Assembly: GCF_001194135.2 (NCBI RefSeq)
Contig: NC_068992.1
Location: 12,975,530 to 13,022,904, forward strand
Reading direction: 5' to 3'
DNA from: Octopus bimaculoides
Taxonomy: Eukaryota
Length of the DNA: 47,375 bases
In this document: piece after piece, positions 1 through 12,610 of the stretch
How positions within the stretch are numbered: the first letter of the stretch is position 1
How the letters are laid out: each line of letters starts with the position of its first letter
The notes under the pieces: generated by a model
Databases searched by the model: none
What the model was told of the DNA's origin: nothing
What the model saw: only the letters and a program-made list of their open reading frames with translations
Program-made: the position numbers and the translations under genes

Positions 1-697
1 TCTATCTACCTTTCTACCATTCACTCTTCCTATCTGTCAATCCTCTGTGAATATATATTTAGATATGAATATATATGTATGTGTATAACCATATGTGTAT
101 CTACATTTGTGCGCGCGCGCGCACACACACACACACACACACATACACACACACACACACACACACGCTAATACTTTATTTTCAAGAGAAAAATTTTTCT
201 TAAAATAGGACATATCGAAGGGCTCACCATATTTCATTCATAAGAAAATAGGAAAAATAATGATGCGAGACAAAGGAAACTTTTATTAAAATATATTCTG
301 CTGTGCACAAAATCATGTGCTAAAAACTTATATAGATATATAAATATATGAATACGCTTAAAAACATAAAAAGTATATTCAAAATATATAGATAAAAATA
401 TATAAATATGCTAAGACTATATTAAGTACATAAAGTATATAGACCTACTTACAATAATAACGGCATTAAAATTATATACACAGTACGGGTGGAGTGTAGA
501 GAATACTGTAAATCTATACATTAGCTTATAGTTCGTTAAAATCCGACGAACCGTTTCTGGGGGAACAGTTGTGCAAAGATGTAATACAATTTAAGTTCCA
601 TTAATCTAATATCATCGGCTCCTTCTTCAGGGAATTTTCCAACTGGTAAGGTCACATTTGTCATGTACTGTATGTACACACACGCGCGCACGCACAC

Positions 698-729
<32 letters not shown>

Positions 730-756
730 GTATGTATACATATATATATATACACT

Positions 757-808
<52 letters not shown>

Positions 809-1020
809 GTACATACACACATACGTGAGTATATAGGGAGAGGGTGCATGAGTATACAGAATTATGCAATGCGCGTACTTTTAGCTATGTACATGAAACA
901 CATGTTAGAGACATATCTGTGTTTCATTATTGTTGGAACTCCATGAAAATATATTGTTATAGATAATTTTGCAGAATACAGAAGAGTAGACATAATCGCA
1001 AGACATTTTATATAAATATA

Positions 1021-1326
1021 TTGTTGATGTTGTTGGCACTCCACAGACACGTGTACCCTTAACGTAGTTCTCGGGGATACTCAGCGTGGCACAGTGTGAC
1101 AATGCTTACCCTTTGAAATGCAGGCAAAACAGAAACAGGAAGTAAGAGTGAGAGAAAGTTGTGGTGGAAGAGTACAGCAGGGTTCGCCACCATACCCTGC
1201 CGGAGCCTCGTGGTGCGTTAGGTGTTTTCGCTCAATAAACACTCACAACGCCCGGTCTGCGAATCGAAACCGCGATCCTATGACCGCCAGTCCGCTGCCC
1301 TAACCACTAGGCCATTGCGCCTCCAC
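1021..1326 (-). mobile_element. tRNA-derived SINE, family A, internally deleted copy
   Basis: The minus strand begins with a tRNA-like head: A box TGGCCTAGTGG and B-box-like GGTTTCGATTCGC. It is near-identical to the 23020-23407 copy but lacks 86 nt near the tail, and ends in a (CAA)n-like tail. Confidence 0.85.
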
Positions 1327-2770
1327 ATATTATATATTAATAGCATCGAAACTTCCGTTAAAATCTTCACAGTATATTCCCGGTAGATATTCATAAATTT
1401 TAAAGCTATTTAAAATAGTTTGANNNNNNNNNNNNNNNNNNNNNNNNNNNNNNNNNNNNNNNNNNNNNNNNNNNNNNNNNNNNNNNNNNNNNNNNNNNNN
1501 NNNNNNNNNNNNNNNNNNNNNNNNNNNNNNNNNNNNNNNNNNNNNNNNNNNNNNNNNNNNNNNNNNNNNNNNNNNNNNNNNNNNNNNNNNNNNNNNNNNN
1601 NNNNNNNNNNNNNNNNNNNNNNNNNNNNNNNNNNNNNNNNNNNNNNNNNNNNNNNNNNNNNNNNNNNNNNNNNNNNNNNNNNNNNNNNNNNNNNNNNNNN
1701 NNNNNNNNNNNNNNNNNNNAATAATTTATAAGAAAAGAAATGTAAGAAAATATATTTAGACTTCATTACTAGTCAATTGGGCTTCCACTTTTTTCTTTAG
1801 ATGTCTTTATGAAGAAACAGTTCTCCTGGCCCCAGCAGACAAAATGGAAAAGATATTGCGGTAGATTCACAGGAACAGCCTCTCTGATTCATGAGTTTGT
1901 CATCAGTCCAATTTTAGACAAGCTGTACCGTGAATTATGGGAGACTTAATTATGGATTGATGAAGCAGAAAGTCACCTTAAAAATATTGAAGACTATTTT
2001 ACGTATACTTTCTTATACACAATTTTGAAACACGAGTTGAGTGCTACGTTTTGTGAACCAAGGTTTTATTTATGCTGATACCCCAAGATTATGGAACTAA
2101 ATGCAACTAAGCAGTTTTTGCGATTCTCTACTCTTTCCCGTTCTTTCTTAGAAAATGCATTTTAAATACCGACTGAAGCCAAATATTTCACTGACGCCCT
2201 AATAATACGGTTTTACTGACGCTCCAGCAATTTTACTTTCTAATTTTCTTTCTACTAACATTATTGTTTACTGACATGGAAATGAAGCCATGAATTTAGG
2301 AATAAGAACATCGACGGGATTGATTTCATTACTAATGTTACAGTATGTATTATTTTTTGCATTTAATATCTTATGTTTGTAAGCAATATCGTTAGTAGGT
2401 AGAGGTTTGCAACAAATCAATCACTGGTTCAGTGCCTTTACGATGCTGAGACTGACAACCGATAGTTTGTGCAACTTGTGTGAAAAAAAATGAAATAAAA
2501 AATACATAAGTAGCCACTTCATTAAACAACTGTTTTTTTTTTCTGTTTATTGGTCTACATTTGTTTTCAAGCGGCAGACATATGTATTAAACATACATGC
2601 AAGCACACGAATATTCTTATATACAAATACGCTTATGCACATATATTAAGAGGACACCGTACATGTATACACAACCACATGCACACGCAAACGCAAACAC
2701 ACACAGAGACGCATATCTGTACAAATATGTATAAATGCACACAGCTATATATATGCATATATATACATAC

Positions 2771-2801
<31 letters not shown>

Positions 2802-2996
2802 NNNNNNNNNNNNNNNNNNNNNNNNNNNNNNNNNNNNNNNNNNNNNNNNNNNNNNNNNNNNNNNNNNNNNNNNNNNNNNNNNNNNNNNNNNNNNNNNNNN
2901 NNNNNNNNNNNNNNNNNNNNNNNNNNNNNNNNNNNNNNNNNNNNNNNNNNNNNNNNNNNNNNNNNNNNNNNNNNNNNNNNNNNNNNNNNNNNNNNN

Positions 2997-3246
2997 ATGA
3001 GTAATACATAGTCACTGGACTAAATTTTTACACGCTAGGCCACTGGAAGTGAAAATTTCTATTAATTTCCATTTCCCTTAAATATGATTAAGTATATATA
3101 CATACACATACATACGTACGTACGTACGTATGTATGTGTATGTATATATACTTAATCATATTTAAGGGAAATGGAAATTAATAGAAATTTTCACTTCCAG
3201 TGGCCTAGCGTGTAAAAATTTAGTCCAGTGACTATGTATTACTCAT
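2997..3246. repeat. Perfect 250-bp palindrome with no spacer, directly after an N gap
   Basis: ATGAGTAATACATAGTCACTGG... at 2997 is the exact reverse complement of ...CCAGTGACTATGTATTACTCAT ending at 3246. The centre lies at 3121/3122 within (TACG)n. Confidence 0.95.
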
Positions 3247-3395
3247 AAAAAGAACAGTGTACATTTAAACACATAAGAAGAATCCACTCATGGGATTCCT
3301 CGTGCCAGAAAGAAGAGCTAGGTTCTAAAACCATAAATTAGGGATAAAATCCCGAAAGGAACGAATTGAAAAATAAAAACTTTTATCATCTAATT

Positions 3396-3452
3396 TCCTG
3401 GACCAGAAATCAAGTGGTCCAGAAATGAATTGGACCAGAAATCAATTGATCC

Positions 3453-3456
<4 letters not shown>
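3396..3456. repeat. 16-bp tandem repeat, about 3.5 copies, followed by (GA)n to about 3505
   Basis: Units are GGACCAGAAATCAAGT, GGTCCAGAAATGAATT, GGACCAGAAATCAATT and GATCCAGGA. The block is bounded by inverted TCCTGG...CCAGGA. Confidence 0.85.
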
Positions 3457-3507
<51 letters not shown>

Positions 3508-4204
3508 GAGTTAATTTAAAGGTTATAAAAGCCGTCTACTTGTATCCATTGAATTAACTGGTGCCTTACCTATATGTGATTATATGAGTATTTATGTTCA
3601 AAAACGAACGGTAGGGAAAAGAATAAACCGACGTTTATCTATATTTAAGAAAAAAGAAACGAAATAGAGATATAATTAATAAGTGATAAACATCAATTAT
3701 CAGTTTTTCATTATAAAATAGATAATATCTCATCTGACAGTTGTTTCTTTTGGCGCATTTTTAAGGTAATATCAGGCTTAAGTACTACAATAATAATAGT
3801 AATTATCATTGGAAATGATTAATTATACCAACGCAAATAATGAAACTTAACCTGAGCGGAAAATTAAAGAAAAAGAAGAACGAAAAGGAGAAAAAGTAAG
3901 GACATACCAATTAATGTTACATGCTATCCCTCTGGAAACCTTTCGACTGCCTGAAAGTTTTAGTAGTAGAATTAGCATAGTTATAATACTTAGTTATAAT
4001 ACTTAGTGGTACATTACTATATACATGGGGAAGGGGTAATGCTGGCGCGAGTTAAATATATAATAACTGTAGGAGTATTTTGGATTGGTCATAAAATAAA
4101 AAGTAAGAAGTAAAATTGAAAGTACCGGTGGTTACATAACTAAAATAACAGTTATCCATAATTTATTTATTTATCGGTGATTTCCTATGTATTCTACTTA
4201 GTAC

Positions 4205-4345
4205 TGTGTGCGTGTGTGTGTGTTTGTGTGTGTGTGTTTGTGTGTGTGTTTGTGTGTGTGTTTGTGTGTGTGTTTGTGTGTGTTTGTGTGTGTGTGTGTT
4301 TGTGTGTGTGTGTATGCGTGTGTGTGTGTTTGTGTGTTCGTGTGT
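4205..4345. repeat. Interrupted (TG)n microsatellite
   Basis: TG dinucleotide run with periodic TTTG interruptions. Confidence 0.95.
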
Positions 4346-5073
4346 GTATGTTTATATATGCATGTATTATTCTGCGGCATTGTATGTTCTACTAACTGTT
4401 GTAATATTTAATTATCTAATGTTACAGTAGAACAGCTGGAAGTCTAATCTATCAAGCTATTTGACCGTCGACTCTTCGATAAGGAGATACAATTCACTTT
4501 ACAGTTAACACCTGTCGTTAAAATTTTTACAGTTTGTTTAGAAAGCCAATTACAGTTGATAATATTATGTCACTTATACAAGGGCATATATAATCATTAT
4601 TACATTTTCGTTTGTTATTAGACTACAAAGATGTATTATTTAAGCAACTAACATTATGAACCAGTCGGCTTGATATAGTGAAGTAATGTGTTTAATGATC
4701 TAAACGTAAATAAAATGTCTGCTATGTCTCAAAACTCACTCTAACACATTGAGGATTGCCAGAAATAAATGTGCGTGAATGTCTCGTGTATTTTATGAAA
4801 ATAAAGAGAATCTTTGTGGTACAAAGTATGATCTGCAACATAAGATCAGCTACTGAATACAGTATCCCTTGCTACTATGTCAGTCGGTCGTTCGCCCTAT
4901 CATTTGCTCTCAACTTTACATATGTCGGATACGGCGTTCGAAAATAGCCTCATAAGAGACACCATTCACTTAACTAGAAGACCATTAATTTTTCGATTGA
5001 AACATTCTTTTCCAAGACTGAGGTAATAGTTGGCACACAGGATACCAAAGATTCCACGCTTCGTATCAGTGAG

Positions 5074-5144
5074 TAATGTATGTATGAGTAATGTTTGTAT
5101 AACTAATGTATGTATGAGTAATGTTTGTATAACTAATGTATGTA
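5074..5144. repeat. 30-bp minisatellite, about 2.4 copies
   Basis: TAATGTATGTATGAGTAATGTTTGTATAAC at 5074 and 5104, with a partial copy at 5134. Confidence 0.9.
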
Positions 5145-6250
5145 ACATTCAATGTTGTAACCTATGAGCGCATATGTATCAAATTTGTAATTTCAATGCT
5201 ACTGTCAGCGGGAACCACATTAAGTTTAAGACGGTTGTTCTATTGCAGTATAGAATATAGCTCTACGCGTGGGAGTGGCCAAAAGAGAATATGGGTTCCA
5301 CTGGTCTGTGACATAAATCAATAAGTATAGAGAGGGGACGGTTATTTTCTGGTTGATGAATGACTCCGATCACGAAAAGTCAAATATGTGATTCAATTGT
5401 CTAAACAAAAGACATAAAGTCTAAGAACACAATAATAGTGATGTTATTTTGTCCAGCGCCGACTAATCTTGCTTAAGTTAATGCAGCAGATATCTAATCA
5501 ATAATCATTAAGAGTATTATTAATTTCATTCTATCTGTCCGTCCTTTTGTGGTAAATGGCTGTCCAGATTTTATTTTGGAATTTGCAGACTCAGACTTTA
5601 TAACTAATATGAACATTTTTATCAGTTAAGATATTCTTAGCATGGTACAAGCAAGAGACACAAAATAAACAAAAACAAAAACTTAAAGATAAAATAAACC
5701 TAAATGTTTAGGGCAGTATTATGTATCCATAAAAGTATAACTCGTGTTGCTTTTGTATTTTATCTATCCAAAGCTTTTTGACATAGGCCAGGTTCCACCA
5801 AAACTATTAATGACTTCTTTCCTTCCTTTCCCCCTTTTTTTTATATTTAAATAACATTTACAGCGTGCAGCAAAAAGCTAACATTGCGTTTGTAATGCAA
5901 GCGCTGCTTCACATCATGTCTGTCTATTATGTTTACTTTTTATTGATAGGAGGTGGTGTAGGGTATTAAATTCTAATTTTTGTTTTCCTCAGAGCAACCA
6001 ATCACATTTGTGCTCATGTTAAACAACTAAAATCTATGAGAAACATTAACATTTTCAAACATTAAAGGGATTTATTTCCTCATAAATTATATCGCATGCT
6101 AAAATGAATTAGTTTTAGAGTTTCGTTTAGACTTCAGTATTTTATTATACAGAAACACACACAACACCACAAGCGTACAAATATATTTGTAAGTACGTAA
6201 GAATGTATGTGTGTGTATACATGTATATCCATACACACACACACACACAG

Positions 6251-6294
<44 letters not shown>

Positions 6295-6382
6295 TCAAAT
6301 ATACACACAAACAAACGTGTGTACTCTTGTTTTTTGTGTATGTATGAATGTTGGTGTGTGCGCACACACATACACATACACG

Positions 6383-6413
<31 letters not shown>

Positions 6414-6656
6414 TAGATGCTATGTAGATATACTTGTGTGTGCTGACGCACAAGCGTGCTTCTTTTTAAGAACGCACCATAACAAAGGAATAAAAAAAAT
6501 AAACTTATATCACATAACATATATTACGTTAGGAAATATACACAGCAAAGTAATAAAAGCGAGGCAATTGAGTTTGCATGTAAGTTATCATGTTTATGTC
6601 ACTCATCCGCCGTTCTTTGAAGTATTGAGCTATTTGCTCGTAAAACAGAGAGAAAG

Positions 6657-6659
6657 GAC

Positions 6660-6693
<34 letters not shown>

Positions 6694-6718
6694 GTGGTGG
6701 TCGTGGTGGCGATGATGG

Positions 6719-6763
<45 letters not shown>

Positions 6764-7029
6764 GGATGTCTGGGGCAATATCGATAGATTTGGCGTTGTT
6801 GCTCACGATGATCATAATGGTGCTGACCATAAAGACGCTGACGATGCTGAAGGGGATGATGTGGATCAAGATGAGAATGATATGTATAACTTCTACGACG
6901 GCCAATGTCGATGATCTATCTTGGCGATTATAAGGATGGCAATTATGATGATGGCTACCCACAACACGATTGTTATTAATGTTGTTGGATATGAGAATAA
7001 CAAAACTAATAGTAACAACAACAATAATG

Positions 7030-7105
<76 letters not shown>
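6657..7105. repeat. (GAT)n / degenerate GAT-GGT-GAC triplet tract followed by (AAT)n
   Basis: Pure GAT runs at 6660-6692 and 6720-6761, a degenerate triplet-periodic tract to about 6960, and (AAT)n at about 7025-7105. Confidence 0.9.
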
Positions 7106-7107
<2 letters not shown>

Positions 7108-7248
7108 GATGATAACATGGAGTTTAAAGAATAGAATAGTAAGAATTCCTAGATTTCAAAAATGGCATCGATGAGGAATTACTCAACGTTTTTTTTATTA
7201 TTATTTAGCTGCTTAAGACTAAATGTATTCAGATTTATAAATTACATA

Positions 7249-7371
7249 ATGGCTATAGGCCGAAATACAAACATAACTCTACATAAAGGAGTCGAAAGTA
7301 ATACAACTATAGCAAAAAAGCTTAAAATTAACCGAGCGCCGGTTTGGAAAATTGTCAATAAATTTCAAGAG
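7249..7371 (+). mobile_element. Tc1/mariner-superfamily transposase N-terminal helix-turn-helix fragment, running into an N gap
   Basis: Translation MAIGRNTNITLHKGVESNTTIAKKLKINRAPVWKIVNKFQE matches the paired-like HTH pattern (LH..G.S...IAK.L.I.R..V.KIV.KF.E) at the start of Tc1/mariner transposases. No TIR or DDE domain is visible. Confidence 0.7.
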
Positions 7372-8679
7372 NNNNNNNNNNNNNNNNNNNNNNNNNNNNN
7401 NNNNNNNNNNNNNNNNNNNNNNNNNNNNNNNNNNNNNNNNNNNNNNNNNNNNNNNNNNNNNNNNNNNNNNNNNNNNNNNNNNNNNNNNNNNNNNNNNNNN
7501 NNNNNNNNNNNNNNNNNNNNNNNNNNNNNNNNNNNNNNNNNNNNNNNNNNNNNNNNNNNNNNNNNNNNNNNNNNNNNNNNNNNNNNNNNNNNNNNNNNNN
7601 NNNNNNNNNNNNNNNNNNNNNNNNNNNNNNNNNNNNNNNNNNNNNNNNNNNNNNNNNNNNNNNATATATATATATATATATATATAGCTATAGATATAGA
7701 TAGAAGGATGTATACATGCATACATACATACATAATCCCTTACTCCATCGTGTTCTAGCCGAAAGTGTGCAGACATACATCTATATTTATGCACACGTAA
7801 CTATATAGTTTGACACACACACATACACTCATATAAATACACAGATAGAACTAAATTGGTAAATTAAATAAATATGAACATACAACTATTTATGTATGAA
7901 CGAGTGTACACTTATTCTCACGTGTTAAAGGGTCCAAGTTCTTACACATGTACCTATAGCTTTGAATATACCTCTACATAGACTTTATTTCGAAAGAAAG
8001 CAATGATTTCTAACCCTCTCACCTCTAAATATGACAATATACTATAATTGCCGTACGTTATTTGCTTGTTTTTGAATATGTATCTTTATCTTTATAACAC
8101 GCATCAAAACGTTAAATTATTTAGTTTGTGCTTTTATACATCAAATGCCAAGTGGTTTATCAACATGTGCTTGTACGTTTCGATTAAACAATTATTTCAA
8201 TATGTAAGTATTGATATTTGAAGGATGACATTTAAAGTGCGAGGTTAAGTAAGTAAAGCCATCATCGTTTACATTATACTTGCACATACCGTGAGTTATA
8301 ATTAAAATTTCTATGATTTTCTCTAATGATCCCTTAACTGAATGCAGTATTCTAGCACAACATTTTTCTACTTATTCATAAATCAGTGGTTAACTACGAT
8401 CATTGCTATAATTTATGATATGGTGTTACGACAAGCTAAAGAATCGCTCATCGATAACATGATTATAATTTTGCAGATACTGATGAATAACTCTTATACG
8501 GGATACAATGCCTTGCGGGATTTTCAAATGTAGTGTCTAACGTATGCACATTGTCAGGTAGAAGAATATAGGCAATCTTTCATATGGAAAGCCTAAATTC
8601 AAACACATTTTAATACGAGAAGCCTTAAATACTAATACTTTTACGGTTTTGCTGCCAGATCTAGACACTTTATTTCAGG

Positions 8680-8830
8680 CTGTAATAGTATTTTGTCTGG
8701 CTTTATGATCTGAGTTCAAATGCCGCCGAAGTCCACTTTAGCGTTCATCCTTTTCTGGGTCGATAAAATGAGCGCCAGTTGAACACTGAGGTTGATGTAA
8801 TCTACTTATTCTCTCCCACAAAATATTGCT
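8680..8830 (+). mobile_element. SINE family B, decayed and 5'-truncated
   Basis: Contains GAGTTCAAATGCCGCCGAAGTCCACTTTAGCGTTCATCCTTTTCTGGGTCGATAAAATGAGCGCCAG, alignable to the family B copies at 8874, 19821 and 20041. Confidence 0.7.
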
Positions 8831-8873
8831 GACAATGTGTCAAAATGTGAAACCAGTTTTATCTTCATTATTG

Positions 8874-9085
8874 AGGTGGCGATCTGGCAGAATCCTTACC
8901 ACTCTGGGAAAAATGCTCAGCAGTATTTCGTCCGTCTTTACGTTCTGAGTTCAAATTCCACCGAAGTCGACATTATTTTTCACGGTTTCGGGGTCAATAA
9001 AATAAGTACCAGTCAAACATTAAGGTCGCAGCAATCGACTTAACCTCATTGCAGAAGTCATTGACCTTGCGCCAAAATTTTAACC
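8874..9085 (+). mobile_element. SINE family B (tRNA-like head plus conserved central domain)
   Basis: GGCGATCTGGCAGAATC head, B-box-like GAGTTCAAATTCC, and central TTTCGGGGTCAATAAAATAAGTACCAG. At least eight related copies or fragments occur in the window. Confidence 0.8.
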
Positions 9086-9939
9086 GATATTATCATTAAT
9101 ATTTAAATACCATTTCTTCATTTTGTGCCATTACCCTTTTTTTTTAATAGATATTAATTTTCATCAAAATGCCGTTTTTCTTTTATAACATAAATATTAG
9201 TTTAGTATTTCCTTATCTTTTCCAATATGTTTAGCTAAAACTGCTACCATAAGCACAACACCTGACATTTTAGGGTAAAAATAGTTGTCGGTTACAACGA
9301 TCGCAGTATTCAACAAGTAACTGTACTATTGACCTTCAATTGCTAAAAGCCAAAGTCGCGCTCGGTGGAGTTTCACTGTTTTATATTCGTTGGAAACGAA
9401 AAAAAAAAAAAATACAACTATAATGAAATAAACAAAATCATTTCGGAGATAAAGGGACGAATAAGCGACTAATTTTGTGATGGTCAGCGTCGTACGAATC
9501 AAAAACAGATTTCCTTGTAAATGAAAGGAATGCAGTTGCCGTAATATGCAGAAGGTTTGACATAACGATTTTGATCCCATTCACCAATAAGAAGAAAGCA
9601 ACGACGAAATTGTTTAAAAGAGGCATACAATTTAATCATCTTCTTATACGTTTTGTTAAAGTGCAGTAGACATGTACGCTTAGCTTCTCTATTTTTCAGA
9701 GGAATAGAATTCATTGGAGAATCCCTGCAACATTAATAATAAGTTAGTTCTATTGTTATCAACAAATAATCGATCTGACAGATGCAGTGATAACGAGTAA
9801 AAACAAATTCATTACACATTGCATTATTAAAACTGCACCCTGGTGATGGGGGAGGCAACGAAAGTTAACACTCAAATACGCAAGATTTTCATACAATGAG
9901 GCGGTAATCCTGATAATGGATCCGTGTGTGTTTGTCTGT

Positions 9940-9997
<58 letters not shown>

Positions 9998-9998
9998 G

Positions 9999-10032
<34 letters not shown>

Positions 10033-12610
10033 CTTTTGTGGGTATGTTTACAATGCCAAAATATGCTCGTTACTTTACAGACATGGATTTAAACGCAAGA
10101 TCCACTGCAGTCACCAATGTCTATTTTACCCAAAACTTTGATAAGCTTATAGGATACGTGCTAGTGCCCTTGCTCATCGCTTTCAAATCTCCCCGAGGAA
10201 AATTTGTTCAGCAATTTTGTCATTATTTTTCAACTCATTCTATATGGTGTATCTCAAATATATTTATATTGTGTAGACAAAATGCAATTTCTTGAACAAT
10301 TTACTTTCAGTTGTTTTCTTAATATTTTAATATCTACTTTCTCTCAACTAACACGAACACTGAAAGGGGAGTCTCATCTTCCTGCTGTCACTCTTGTAAA
10401 TCTCCAAATAATTTCGCATATGGAGAAAATTTGCATCATCATGATCCTGGCGCCTAAATTTTCTAGTAATGGACTGCGGCATGGAAGATATTCAATGTAG
10501 TTATAAAATAAAAACACTATTTTGCTGCTGAATTTTATAATGTGAGATGCAATATAAATATTTAGAATCTGTTTAGAATTCTACAGTCAAATGCCTAAAT
10601 ATATTTGACAATAAAAGTATGCTTCAATATATAACATTGCATGATTAATTTTATATGTCTACACAGATTTATAGAATATGACAAGTAAGCTTACAACGCT
10701 TGTAGTTGAGATCGTAAAACTAAACGTAAATTCACATGCCAGCCACATATGTCCTCCGTTTGGTTTATTCATCCAAAACATCTTTACAAGAGTGAATATG
10801 TATTTTTTATAAAATAATGAGAGCAAATTATGCTGTATTCTTACGCTTGTCAGTATATATATTTTTTATAGATATCATCCCTTTGAAATTGCTTCAGATC
10901 AAGGCAGGATATAACATTGCTCGTGAAAGATGAATTTAGGTGTCATGTCAACATGCTCTCTTTATGTGTTGCGACCGAAACATATTTGGATTACAATTTA
11001 CATATTTTATACACAAAAGTAACTCATTGTCACTACGATATACGTTGAAATTTTCGGGATAATAATTCATGCACTTCGCAGCTGCTTTTGATGAAGTATT
11101 TATTTTATATGAAACAGTAAAGTGACATAATGGAAATGATTTAGATGCTAAAAATACTGTTTAATCAGTTAATATCAGCGACATATGGTGATCCTAAAAT
11201 ATGAACATTTGTCATTAACCAATTATCCAAATTCACTTCTGAAAATAAACGTAACTTGTTACTGTCAGGAATGGTGAGTCATTCCTGGTAGTAGTGTGAA
11301 GAGAGACGTTTGTTGATCTACCGTGCATCAGGTGTTGAGATCAAAACTTCTGATGCATCAAGTATTTTACACCACACGAGAGATTTAGCTGCTTCTGCCA
11401 AACATTTACCGATATGTAAAATATATAGTCTCATGTTCGAATTGCTTAACAATATCAGTTTCTGAAGTACTTTCTGGTACATTTTATTACTTCTAATTGC
11501 TATAATGCTATCCCTGTTCTCACTTCTGTGGGCTATCATAACCCGTATTCGTTTTTCAGCAGGCCTACAGCTTACGGCGTTGAAGCAGTTGTTTCACCAA
11601 CCACTATTATCTGCTTTACAGGAATGAGAGGAGAAAAAGCACAAGAAATAATTGTTACCCAGCACGCATAAGAGAAAGCAGGGTATTGTAATCACTCGTC
11701 TTTGTTTGACTATTTAATTAAAAATTACTGGAAAATGGCAAAACGGATTTTCACCACATTTGGCAGGAATACTCATTGAGTGAGTGGCTCGAAATTGTGA
11801 ACATTTGGTTTGATTATCTATGAAAAGAAGAACTTTAAAATTTCCAGATAAGCAAGAAGTCATATTATATTGTTCACTTTCTTTTTCATATCAATAGATT
11901 CTCGCCTGCGTGTGTGTAGATCATGGTGTAGCTATGCGCGTAGAAATGTGTGCGTACATACATATGCACATACGTACATATATACATACATACACATGCA
12001 ATGGTGTTTGAATGTATGTGTGTGTGTCTGTGTGCGCGCGCGGATGTGTGCGTGCGGGTGTGTGCGTGTGCGAACACTGAAGGATTCAAATTTTTCGTTT
12101 ATTTACGAGTTGATTTCTTAATATAACTGTAGCATGAATATCTATAATGATAATATACAGAAAAAAAAAACGAAAAAAGTCAGTTCAATTAAAAAGCATG
12201 CGGAGGCAACGCATTGTAAGCTACACTAGAATTTGCGAAAAAAATTAATCTGCGTGCGGGGTATGCATCGCCTCCGATATCTTTGTTTTTTTCATTTATG
12301 ATGTCTCCACTATTAACACATCATGTAATTTGAAATATTAATATTTCGTTCATTAACCTGTATCACTGCTGCTCTCAACTAAAACAACAATTGTATATTG
12401 CGTAGTAATTTAAGAGTTTGCTCTCAACCATTTTGAAGATGAACATTCTAGCATTAGTTTCTCTTATCATGGGCATATCTTAGCAACAACTTTCTATGTT
12501 CTTGAAAATTGACGCCATATATTTTAAGAAAACGGTGTAGTTGTTCTTGGAGCTTACGAGAGATACAATTGCACCTGCACTGTGCTTTTGGACTTGCTAT
12601 TTAAATGTGT

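Noticed and set aside
6211-6933. 240-aa ORF with poly-Met, and antisense poly-Ile ORF 6630-7118
   Set aside because: Both are readings of (CA)n/(TA)n/(ATG)n/(AAT)n microsatellites with no domain content.
9924-10295. MDLNARSTAVTNVYFTQNFDKLIGYVLVPLLIAF as a GPCR N-terminus and TM1
   Set aside because: The hydrophobic stretch is too short, the GN motif is absent, and no further TM segments follow.
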